DNA from: Armatimonas sp.
Lineage (GTDB): Bacteria > Armatimonadota > Armatimonadia > Armatimonadales > Armatimonadaceae
Direction: 5' to 3'
Length of the DNA: 61,625 nt
Assembly: GCF_043757465.1 (NCBI RefSeq)
Contig: NZ_JAYVPL010000091.1
Span: 1-61,625, forward strand
The translations under genes and the position numbers were made by a program. Under the pieces are notes generated by a model. The model searched no databases. It was not told the DNA's origin and saw only the letters and a list, made by a program, of their open reading frames with translations. Shown one piece after another: positions 49,887 through 58,274 of the stretch. How positions within the stretch are numbered: position 1 is the stretch's first letter; each line of letters starts with the position of its first letter.

Positions 49887-51060
49887 TCATGCGCGGATCA
49901 GCCGAACGCAGAGAGTCGTAACGTGCACACCGCCATCGGAGGCAGCAAGTGCAACGGTACAGTGAGCCGCATCCGGCAGGAAGCAGTTTGAAAAAGCCAC
50001 CTCACCTTCGCCGCCAAAGACCTCGATACTCGTGCGGTCGCACAAAACGCGTAGCTTTAAGTGCTTGCCTTCCGGCAGGGGCATGCGTGGCCTCCACATC
50101 GAACGCCTCCCCTTCCCAGAGCCCTGTAAGGCCACAGCCGGGCACCAGCACCGTCTCCATCACCTCCCAGCTCTCCCGCCAGAGCAAAGAGATCTCTGGA
50201 ATCGGCTGCCGACAGAGGCGTTTTTGCCCACCGATCTCACGAAGGGTTATGTCCGTCGGAAAGGTGAGCTGTTGATTGAAGGGCATCCCTGGATAGCTCC
50301 CGCCACGCATCCAGGCGATGAGCACACGACGGTTATCTCGCGCATGGCTCCAAGTCTGAGCGGCATAGAAGTTCATCCCGTAGTCCAGCTTTAGGCGCTC
50401 CCCCTCAGGACGAAAGGTCTTCCCATCGAACTGCCCCAGCACGTACTCACCGTCCGCTCCAAAGAGAACCCAGTTCCCCTCAAGCTCGAAGCACTCCGGA
50501 CACTCGTAGAACCCCTCGATGCGACTGGCGAAGCTCCAGGCAGTCAGACGAGGCGATGTGTAGAACTCGATCCCATCACTTGTGCCCCGGCGTACATAAA
50601 GTGCCATGCACCAGTGCGCTGCGCCTGCATGCCAGAAGACCCGGGGATCCCGATTTTCCCCTTCGATATTCGGAAGAACCGGGTTCCACGCGAGCTGCTG
50701 AAAGCTTTGCCCTCCATCGTTGGAGAATGCCATCCGCTGATCAAAAGGCCTTCCAGCAAATGTATAGAAAAGCAGCAGCGCCTTCTTCCCACAGTCCGCA
50801 GCCCCTCGCTCGTCGAGAACCGCGGATCCGGAGAAGATCGTCCCTTCGCCGTAGGGCTCCAGCGCAAGTGGCAGATGCTCCCAGTGCACCAGATCCGTGC
50901 TGTGAGCGTGCCCCCAGGTCATGTTTCCCCAGTCTGTGCCCTTTGGGTTGTGCTGATAGAACAGATGCCAGAAGCCCTGATGAAAGATCAGCCCATTGGG
51001 GTCGTTTAGCCAGCCACGCGGTGCCGTAAAGTGAAACAGAGGTCGTAGAGGCTCGGTCAT
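49887..51060 (-). pseudogene. Glycoside hydrolase family 32 (beta-fructofuranosidase/invertase-like), frameshifted or truncated
   Basis: The N-terminal catalytic beta-propeller ORF (50002-51060) has WLNDPNG, the RDP motif (ENRDPRVFW) and an EC motif (GFYECPECFELEG). A GH32 C-terminal beta-sandwich-like segment (LKLRVLCDRTSIEVFGGEGEVAFSNCFLP) is encoded in a different frame (49887-50135), overlapping the first ORF's end. Confidence 0.55.
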
Positions 51061-51110
51061 AACTCTTTATTCCACACTCCGTATTTTAGGTACGGTATAC
51101 TTTATCCTGA

Positions 51111-52118
51111 ATGACCACACTTCCGCTTGCACTTTCAGACTCCTTCGGTCGCCGGATCGAGTATCTGCGTATCTCCCTAACAGATCGCTGCAATCTACGC
51201 TGTGTCTACTGCATGCCAGAGGAGGGTGTCCCCTACGAAAACCTCGATAATGTCCTGAGCTTCGAGGAGATCGAGCGGGTGGTACGGGCGCTGGCAAGCG
51301 TCGGGCTTAAAAAAGTGCGCCTCACCGGCGGAGAGCCTCTGGTGCGCAAGAACGTCCCCGAGCTGGCGGCACGCCTCACGGCAATTCCTGGAATTCGCGA
51401 AGTGACACTTACCACTAACGGGATTCTCCTGGCGCGCGATGCTCAGGCGCTCTGGGACGCGGGCGTGCGGCGGCTCAATCTCTCGATGGACACGCTTCAA
51501 CCGGAGCGCTTTATCAAGCTCGCACGGCGCGCGGAGTTCGAGCGTGCGTGGGAAGGGCTTGAGACGGCACTGGCTGTCGGGTTTACCCCCATCAAGCTGA
51601 ACTGCGTACTCATGCGCGGCATCAACGACGATGAAATCGAGGCATTTGGGCAGCTCACCAAAGACCGTCCGCTCTCGGTGCGCTTCTTGGAGTACATGCC
51701 GATAGGGCAAGTGAGCAACGCGCAGTGGCGAGCGCACTATGTGAAGAACGAAGACGCCATCGCGCAGCTTAAAGCGCTCTGGCCGGATTTGGAAACTCTC
51801 GATGATGCACCGGAGAGCACGAGCAGTAACTTCAAGATTCCGGGGGCGCGGGGCACAGTGGGAGTGATCAATCCGATCAGCCATAGGTTCTGTGAGGGCT
51901 GCAATCGGCTGCGGCTCACTGCCAACGGAAAGCTGGTTCCCTGCCTCGCCGATAACTACGAGTACGATTTGATGAGGCCGCTTCGGGAGAGCTGCTCCGC
52001 TCAAGAGATTCTGGAGCATGCGGCGGCGGCACTGGCGCACAAGCCAATCCAGAGTGATTTTGAGGGGCGACTGGCACGCGGTGGCAGCTTACGGACGATG
52101 TCTCAGATCGGCGGCTAG
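51111..52118 (+). CDS. moaA: GTP 3',8-cyclase MoaA
   Basis: Radical-SAM CNLRCVYCMP motif, the second cluster region (CEGCNRLRLTANGKLVPCL) and a C-terminal GG. Confidence 0.9.
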   Translation: MTTLPLALSDSFGRRIEYLRISLTDRCNLRCVYCMPEEGVPYENLDNVLSFEEIERVVRALASVGLKKVRLTGGEPLVRKNVPELAARLTAIPGIREVTLTTNGILLARDAQALWDAGVRRLNLSMDTLQPERFIKLARRAEFERAWEGLETALAVGFTPIKLNCVLMRGINDDEIEAFGQLTKDRPLSVRFLEYMPIGQVSNAQWRAHYVKNEDAIAQLKALWPDLETLDDAPESTSSNFKIPGARGTVGVINPISHRFCEGCNRLRLTANGKLVPCLADNYEYDLMRPLRESCSAQEILEHAAAALAHKPIQSDFEGRLARGGSLRTMSQIGG

Positions 52119-52121
52119 AGC

Positions 52122-52460
52122 TTATTCGTCGGCCTGGTGATCGAACTCCGCGATCAGCTCACTCAGCCCTTGGGCATCGAGCTGGCCGTGAAAAGTTGCT
52201 TGTTCGCGCATGGTGATAGGCCCCTGTGTCGCAAAGCTCTGCTGGGAAGGCAGATCAAGCTCCAGCGTTGCATCAGAGAGAATTCCTTGATCCCACTCCT
52301 CCTGGCGCAAGAACTGCTCACCGCGTCGTCGGCAGCGGGAACAGCGGTAGCGCACGAGGACGTAGCTCGGGCCAAAGGGTCGGGGGTAGTACCCCGCACG
52401 TAGAACTTCCCTCTCTCCGATACGTTGCCCACAGGTGCAACGAAGGGCTGTCCGTCCCAT
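52122..52460 (-). CDS. Hypothetical Cys-rich (zinc-ribbon-like) small protein
   Basis: 112 aa with CTCGQR...CSRCRRRG (CxC...CxxC). No family assignment. Confidence 0.3.
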   Translation of the reverse strand: MGRTALRCTCGQRIGEREVLRAGYYPRPFGPSYVLVRYRCSRCRRRGEQFLRQEEWDQGILSDATLELDLPSQQSFATQGPITMREQATFHGQLDAQGLSELIAEFDHQADE

Positions 52461-52519
52461 TGTCTCCTCCAGGAAGCGCTATGGCAGTCTGCCATGCGCC
52501 GCCCCAATTGTATCACTCT

Positions 52520-53431
52520 CTACTGAATCGGCAAGCCAAACCCAAGCCCTGCCCCCACAGGAGTAGACTCGGAGTTACGCGCGGTGAGGGAGTCGATCTG
52601 CGTTGACTTGGTCATGCTGGCACGCTCCCGATCCGAAAGCCCAAGGTTTATCTTGACGCGTTTCGTGCGCGTTTGCAGGTTGCCTGTATCGTCCAAAATC
52701 CCTGAACTTTCTCCCGGCGGACGTGTAGCGACCACGATCGGCTGCGCGATACTCGGAGCAGGAGTCGGAAGAGCCTCAGGATCGCTCTTTGTGCTAGAGC
52801 GTGCCGTTGCCGTGGCCGGCGCCCCTCCCAGCCGAGCAGCAGGCTCAGGAAGCACGGTGGAAGTGTGCACATCCGCCGCGGATGCTGGACGTGCTACGGT
52901 GATATTGCCGTGATCCTCCAGGGTGCTCTCTTGTGGTGCAATCCTTGCCGCCGGAGGAGCCGGTGTCGGCAGCACGACAGAAGGCACGTGTGCGACGGCT
53001 AATGCGGGCGCAGGTGTCGGCTTCGGCGCGGACAGCTTTTTAGGAGGAGCGACTCCTACGGAAGTAATGGGAGCAGGTGTTGGAGCCGCCTGCTCTCGGA
53101 TCGCCACCTGCGGCGGCGCAACTCCATCCGATTGTGGGGGCGAGACAATTTGTGGGGGCGAGACAATCTCAGTCTTGGAAAGACGCGGCACGACGACCAC
53201 ACAGAGCGCAGCCGCTGTCAGAGCGCCTCCGAGGGCAAAGCGTGCAGGAGCCGGGCGCAAAACGAGTGCCAGCTTATCCCAGAGTGTCGGGCGGGCGTAG
53301 GTCGCCGCCGCAATTCGCCTGGAAAGTCCAGGAGGCAGGGGAGCGATATCAGGCGCGGACGATGCCCCCTTCAGCAGAGCAGCAAAGGCTTCGTCATCCC
53401 TGCTTTCATTCGTGATTTCCTCGGGTATCAT
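52520..53431 (-). CDS. Hypothetical Pro/Ala-rich membrane-anchored protein
   Basis: 303 aa. A single TM segment (LGGALTAAALCVVVVPRL) is followed by a long Pro/Ala/Thr-rich low-complexity region that includes a perfect IVSPPQ duplication. Confidence 0.4.
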   Translation of the reverse strand: MIPEEITNESRDDEAFAALLKGASSAPDIAPLPPGLSRRIAAATYARPTLWDKLALVLRPAPARFALGGALTAAALCVVVVPRLSKTEIVSPPQIVSPPQSDGVAPPQVAIREQAAPTPAPITSVGVAPPKKLSAPKPTPAPALAVAHVPSVVLPTPAPPAARIAPQESTLEDHGNITVARPASAADVHTSTVLPEPAARLGGAPATATARSSTKSDPEALPTPAPSIAQPIVVATRPPGESSGILDDTGNLQTRTKRVKINLGLSDRERASMTKSTQIDSLTARNSESTPVGAGLGFGLPIQ

Positions 53432-53554
53432 TTTTTTCTCGCTTAGTCACAAGATGTCCAATTTTTCCGTATACAACCTGTACGCCGTTAGAATCGGTTG
53501 CAATCCACAAAGTTTCAAGATTCTTTATTATCGGCATGGTACAACGAGGACACT

Positions 53555-53824
53555 ATGGCAGAATCACGTAATTCTCCGGGAAGCGAATCCTCCGGGCTCA
53601 ACCTGCGGAAGTTCAACTCCACCAGCGTCACCACCACGACCGAGGTGATCACTCCCAAGCTCTCCGCCGCGCTCATGGGCCGACGGGTCATTTTGATCGG
53701 GGTGGTTTTCCTTGCTCTGGGAGCCGTGGCGGTGCTCACGTTCCAGAGCAGCGGATTTAACCCCTTTGAACAAACCTCCCATGGCCCCGGCTTGGTCAAA
53801 CCCGAGCCGACCTTGCCACAGTAG
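53555..53824 (+). CDS. Hypothetical small membrane protein
   Basis: ATG at 53555 (MAESRNSP...). One TM segment (VILIGVVFLALGAVAVLTF). The ORF-track start at 53498 is TTG. Confidence 0.3.
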   Translation: MAESRNSPGSESSGLNLRKFNSTSVTTTTEVITPKLSAALMGRRVILIGVVFLALGAVAVLTFQSSGFNPFEQTSHGPGLVKPEPTLPQ

Positions 53825-53833
53825 GTAAGCACG

Positions 53834-54283
53834 ATGTCCAACGAGCGTGTTGTCTGTGCCGCGTGCGGCTCCAATAATTTTGCCACTCAGGCCGCGTGCT
53901 GGAAGTGTGGCCGGGCACTGGTCGCCTCCGTCGCACGCCCCGCCTATGCCCTGCCCACGAGCGAATCGCCTGCCGCGTTTTGGTCGTCGGTGGCGATTGG
54001 TATTTTCTTCCCGATTATCTCGATTCCAGTCGGGCTGGTGTTTCTGATGCTCGACGACAAGCGTAAGACTCAGATCGGCTGGTGGAATATCCTCTTTGGC
54101 CTGCTTGGAACCGTGCTCAACGGGATTGTGGTGATGGTCTCGCTGGCTCCCCTCGTGATGAACGCCACCCGGATGATTCCCGGGCTCGGTGGTCGTGGTG
54201 CGGCTCAGTCGCAGGACATGAACTCCGAAGTGGCTCCCTTAGAGATCCCTGGCCAGCGCCCCTTCGCCACTCCTCCCCGATGA
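53834..54283 (+). CDS. Zinc-ribbon plus two-TM membrane protein, translationally coupled to mnmE
   Basis: N-terminal CAACGS...CWKCG zinc ribbon and two hydrophobic helices. Its stop overlaps the mnmE ATG (ATGA at 54280-54283). Confidence 0.4.
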   Translation: MSNERVVCAACGSNNFATQAACWKCGRALVASVARPAYALPTSESPAAFWSSVAIGIFFPIISIPVGLVFLMLDDKRKTQIGWWNILFGLLGTVLNGIVVMVSLAPLVMNATRMIPGLGGRGAAQSQDMNSEVAPLEIPGQRPFATPPR

Positions 54284-55596
54284 GCGGCACCATTGCTGCC
54301 CTAGCGACGGCATCCGGAGCCGCAGGGATTGGTGTGATTCGGCTCTCCGGCCCAGATGCTTTTCTGGTCGCTGAGCGCACGGCTCGCCGGTCACTGGCAA
54401 GCCAGCCCCCCCGAGTTCTGCGCCGCGCCACGGTCTTTGCACTCGATTCTGCCGAAGCGCTCGACGATGGCCTGCTTGTCAAGTTCCCTGCCCCCCACTC
54501 GTTCACGGGCGAGGATGTGGTGGAGTTTCAGGGCCACGGTGGGGCGGTGACACTCGCGCAGGTGCTCGCGGCGTTTCTGGCCGCCGGGGCACGGCTGGCG
54601 CGACCAGGGGAGTTCTCCGAGCGCGCGTTTCACAACGGCAAGCTGGATCTCGCCCAGGCCGAGGCTCTGGCGGACCTCATCTCCGCCCGCTCGGTCGCGG
54701 CGCAACGGGCAGCGCGCCGTCAGCTCGCGGGCAGCCTCTCGCACGAAGCCACCGCTATCGCTTCAGACTTACAAGAGGCGCTTGCACGGCTAGAGGCGAC
54801 GATAGATTTCCCCGAGGATGTGGGTGAGCTCGTGCCGGAGACCGTCGAGGCGCCGCTCAGCCGCGCCGCCGCCCGGCTGGAGACACTTCTGGCGGGAGCG
54901 CACTACGGTCGCAAGCTCACCGAGGGGCTCACTGTCGCGCTGACGGGCGCACCCAACGTGGGGAAATCGTCGCTGCTCAATGCCTTGGCCGGAGCGGAGC
55001 GCGCCATTGTGACCGAGATTCCTGGCACGACACGCGATATTCTCGCCGAGGAGCTTGTGCTAGCGGGCGTCCCCGTGCGCGTCTTGGACACGGCGGGCCT
55101 GCGCGAGACCGACGACCCCATCGAGAAGATCGGGGTTGCCCGCGCCCGAGAGGCCGCAGCCACTGCCGATGTGGTGATCCTCGTCGTGGACGCCACGCGC
55201 CCGACGCCTCTGACAGACCTCCACCGCAATACCGTCGTCGCCGTGAACAAGTCCGATCTTGCAACGCCCGATTTGACGTGCTTTGCGCCCTACCCAGCGG
55301 TTGCTGTCTCCGCGAAAACGGGCCTAGGGCTCGCCGCGCTTGCGGAGGCGGTGATCGGCACGTCGCTTCCCGCCTCGGATGCCCCCCTCATCACCCGCGC
55401 CCGCCACGAAGATGCCCTCCGCCGCGTCGCCGCGTTTGTTACGGAGGCACGCAGCACGCTCGCTCTTGGGCTCCCCGCCGAGCTGATCGCCGTGGATGCC
55501 CACGGAGCGCTGGCGGCGCTGGGAGAGCTTACCGGCCAGACAACGCGCGAGGAGATCATCCGGGGGATCTTCTCGCGTTTTTGCATCGGAAAGTAA
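54280..55596 (+). CDS. mnmE: tRNA modification GTPase MnmE (TrmE)
   Basis: N-terminus MSGTIAALATASGAAGIGVIRLSGP. G-domain motifs (GAPNVGKSSLLNAL, DTAGLRET, NKSDL). C-terminal CIGK. The 66-codon ORF-track extension upstream of 54280 was rejected. Confidence 0.9.
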   Translation: MSGTIAALATASGAAGIGVIRLSGPDAFLVAERTARRSLASQPPRVLRRATVFALDSAEALDDGLLVKFPAPHSFTGEDVVEFQGHGGAVTLAQVLAAFLAAGARLARPGEFSERAFHNGKLDLAQAEALADLISARSVAAQRAARRQLAGSLSHEATAIASDLQEALARLEATIDFPEDVGELVPETVEAPLSRAAARLETLLAGAHYGRKLTEGLTVALTGAPNVGKSSLLNALAGAERAIVTEIPGTTRDILAEELVLAGVPVRVLDTAGLRETDDPIEKIGVARAREAAATADVVILVVDATRPTPLTDLHRNTVVAVNKSDLATPDLTCFAPYPAVAVSAKTGLGLAALAEAVIGTSLPASDAPLITRARHEDALRRVAAFVTEARSTLALGLPAELIAVDAHGALAALGELTGQTTREEIIRGIFSRFCIGK

Positions 55597-55617
55597 CAGT
55601 CGTTTGGATATTGTCAG

Positions 55618-56238
55618 TCACAGTGTCCCGTAGAGCCGGTCACCGAAGTCGCCAAGGCCGGGGCAGATGTATTTCTTATCGTTGAGCTGGCGGTCCAGTG
55701 CGGCGGCGTAGATCGGGACATCGGGGTGGGCTTCGTTCACCGCAGCGACGCCCTCCGGGGCCGCGACAACACAGACTAACCGGACATCTTTCGCGCCCGC
55801 TTCCTTGACCAGCGCGATCGCATGGTTCGCCGAGCCGCCCGTGGCCAGCATCGGGTCCACCACCAGTGTTGTCTTCCCGGTAACCTGAGGCAGCTTGCAG
55901 TAGTAGCTAGATGCAACCGCCGTGGCGTGATCCCGCTCCAGGCCAATATAGCCCACGGAGACATCTGGGAAAAGCTCCAGAAAGGGCTCTAGCATCGCCA
56001 GCCCCGCCCGCAGAATCGGAATCACCACCAGCCCCTGCGCCAGCACCTGTCCCTCCATCAACTCCAGCGGAGTGGTGAGAGAAACGGCGGTGATCGGCAA
56101 GTCGCGGGTCGCCTCTAAAGCCAGCAATGTCGTGAGGCGGCGGGCGAGAGGGCGAAAGTGCTGAGGGTCTGTTTCGGCGGCACGCAGGCCGGTGAGTAAG
56201 TGCAGTGCAAGCGGGTGGGTACAAAGATGGATAGCCAT
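55618..56238 (-). CDS. upp: Uracil phosphoribosyltransferase
   Basis: 206 aa. PRPP-binding loop (LVVDPMLATGGS) and C-terminal YICPGLGDFGDRLYGT. Confidence 0.9.
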   Translation of the reverse strand: MAIHLCTHPLALHLLTGLRAAETDPQHFRPLARRLTTLLALEATRDLPITAVSLTTPLELMEGQVLAQGLVVIPILRAGLAMLEPFLELFPDVSVGYIGLERDHATAVASSYYCKLPQVTGKTTLVVDPMLATGGSANHAIALVKEAGAKDVRLVCVVAAPEGVAAVNEAHPDVPIYAAALDRQLNDKKYICPGLGDFGDRLYGTL

Positions 56239-56256
56239 GACGCTATTTTACCCGTG

Positions 56257-56976
56257 CTAGAAAGCCCGTGAGAGTGTCACGGCCTCCACCTGCGCGGCCC
56301 CCGCTTTTCGCAGTGCGGTAGCGGCGCAGTGCAGCGTCGCGCCGGTGGTCATCACATCATCGAGAAGAAGCAAGCGCCTGTCTGCAATGCCACTCGGATC
56401 GGCAACCGCGAAGTCGTCGGGGGAGAGATTCGCCAGGCGCTGGTCGGCTCCCAAGCGCATCTGGGATTGCTCCGCCCGCACCCTGATAAATGCCTCCGCG
56501 GGTAAAAGTGGGAGTGTGAGCTGCTCGGCGAGGGGTCGGGCAAGAAGCTCCGCCTGGTTGTAGCCACGCACACGCCGCTTGCGGGCTGAGAGCGGCATCG
56601 CGACCACGGCATCAAATAGTGGCTCGGGGAAAAACTCCGTCAGGCAGCGCTGGGCAAGCCACGCGCCCAGTGGCTCGGCGAGAGATTCTTTCCCACGGTA
56701 CTTCAGCAAGTGCAGCCCGTAGCGCAAACCTCCCACATGCCGCCCCGCGGCTCTCGCACGCGTAAACGCCCAGCCCCCCCACTGATCCGCCGCCGCGTCG
56801 CACAAGCGGCAGACACGCTCAGGTTCGCTCGGGTGCCCACAGACCACGCAAACCGGCTCCGGCACGAGCGCGAACTGCGCCACGCACTCGGAACACAGAA
56901 GTGGCTCCTCCCAGCTCTCGCAAACCAGACAGCGGGGTGGGTAGATCAGATCGAGAAAGCCATCCAGCGCTCTCAC
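56257..56976 (-). CDS. comF: ComF-family protein (ComFC/GntX-like phosphoribosyltransferase-domain protein)
   Basis: N-terminal four-Cys zinc finger (CLVCESW...CSEC...CVVCGHP...CRLC) and a C-terminal PRTase motif (LLLLDDVMTTGATL). GTG start. Confidence 0.75.
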   Translation of the reverse strand: MRALDGFLDLIYPPRCLVCESWEEPLLCSECVAQFALVPEPVCVVCGHPSEPERVCRLCDAAADQWGGWAFTRARAAGRHVGGLRYGLHLLKYRGKESLAEPLGAWLAQRCLTEFFPEPLFDAVVAMPLSARKRRVRGYNQAELLARPLAEQLTLPLLPAEAFIRVRAEQSQMRLGADQRLANLSPDDFAVADPSGIADRRLLLLDDVMTTGATLHCAATALRKAGAAQVEAVTLSRAF

Positions 56977-58274
56977 TTCACCAGAAACTCAACCTTGGCA
57001 CGGTAGGTTTTCCCACCAATCTCACACTGCGCCTCGACAGGGTAGCTCCCCGCAGGTACCCCCAGCGGGACGACCAGCTTGAAGCTGACACTGCGGCGCT
57101 CATTGGGATAGGAAACCGAGAAGGTGCGTTTATCCTCTCCCTCAACGGTCCAGCCCGCCGGGAGTGCGAGGCGTACCTGCCCCACGGTCTTGCTGTCGCG
57201 CCTTCCCGTAATGGTCGCGACCAGCAAGCGCCGCCGCTGTGGGCCGTCGGGTGCAAGCGCAACGAGAGGCTTCACATCGTTGTCCAGCACAAATGAGAAC
57301 GGCTCCTGGCGGTCCACGCTCCCAAGGGCAACCGCGCTCCCTCCCTCTTCGCGCTCGGCCCCGGCCCGCAGAACGACACTGGCAGGCTCCGGCCCCTCCC
57401 CGAGCACAAAGCGAAACTCACGCCGTAGACGCTCACCGGGATTGAGAATCAGGCTCGGGTCTTTCGGGTTGGTAATCGTGGTACCATCGGGCAAGAAAAT
57501 CTGCTTGAGAAAGAGCGGTTTCTCCCCAGAGTTACTCAGCTCCAGTGTCCCCCGCACCAGGCTCCCCGTCACGAGCCTGCGATCTCGCAGGCTCATTCGA
57601 ACCGCCAGGGTTCCCAGAATTGCCTCGCTTTCATCGGTGAGCTGGAGGCGCACCAGTGGCAGCTCCGGGGTGGGCTCGGCAAGCGCCGCAGCCCCCAAAA
57701 GCGCACGGAACCCGAACTCCGTTCCCGGCTTGCGCTGTGCCCCCAGTAGTGCGCAAGGCACCGCCACGACCATGCCGCTCCCCTGCGCGGTTTTGAACTG
57801 ACGCGCCTGAACACTCCCCTCAGGCAGCAAGACCTCCGCCCAGACCGGGTGCTCTTTGTTCTGCACGGTATCAAAGCGGCGGATCAGCGCTTTGGCTCCC
57901 TCGGGGGAAGTCACGAGCCGAATGCTAAAGTTCTCCGCACCACGAAACCAGCCATCGCCACTGGCATCGAGATCGAAGCGGATGTCCTGGGGCTCTTTAG
58001 ACTCCACTGCAAGATAGAGAAACTGGTCGTCCCAGTCGAAGTAGACCCGCCCCTCAGGCGCATCGTAGAGCAGATCCCAGCCCTCAAGTGTTTCCAGAGG
58101 CACCGTGTGTTTAATACGCTTGCGCTCGTAGCCGTTTCCACTGGCAGCAAGCGGCGCGGTCTGACGCCCCTCGGGTACCTGGGCAAGTGCCACGCCTGGA
58201 ACGAGAAAAAGTAAGCTACTCCAGACGGCTGAAGCGATCTGAAAGTTGTGTGTCCTGAAGGAAGTTCTGAGCAT
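56973..58274 (-). CDS. Hypothetical secreted protein
   Basis: Start taken at MLRTSFRTHNFQIASAVWSSLLFLVPGVALAQ (signal peptide). About 430 aa, beta-rich, no known motif. Overlaps the upstream gene by 59 bp if both starts are correct. Confidence 0.45.
   Translation of the reverse strand: MLRTSFRTHNFQIASAVWSSLLFLVPGVALAQVPEGRQTAPLAASGNGYERKRIKHTVPLETLEGWDLLYDAPEGRVYFDWDDQFLYLAVESKEPQDIRFDLDASGDGWFRGAENFSIRLVTSPEGAKALIRRFDTVQNKEHPVWAEVLLPEGSVQARQFKTAQGSGMVVAVPCALLGAQRKPGTEFGFRALLGAAALAEPTPELPLVRLQLTDESEAILGTLAVRMSLRDRRLVTGSLVRGTLELSNSGEKPLFLKQIFLPDGTTITNPKDPSLILNPGERLRREFRFVLGEGPEPASVVLRAGAEREEGGSAVALGSVDRQEPFSFVLDNDVKPLVALAPDGPQRRRLLVATITGRRDSKTVGQVRLALPAGWTVEGEDKRTFSVSYPNERRSVSFKLVVPLGVPAGSYPVEAQCEIGGKTYRAKVEFLVK

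Noticed and set aside
51195-52040. 281 aa minus-strand ORF
   Set aside because: Antisense to moaA, which has the radical-SAM CNLRCVYC motif.
54082-54279. N-terminal extension of the mnmE ORF
   Set aside because: Overlaps the upstream zinc-ribbon gene. MnmE's conserved N-terminus begins at the ATG at 54280.
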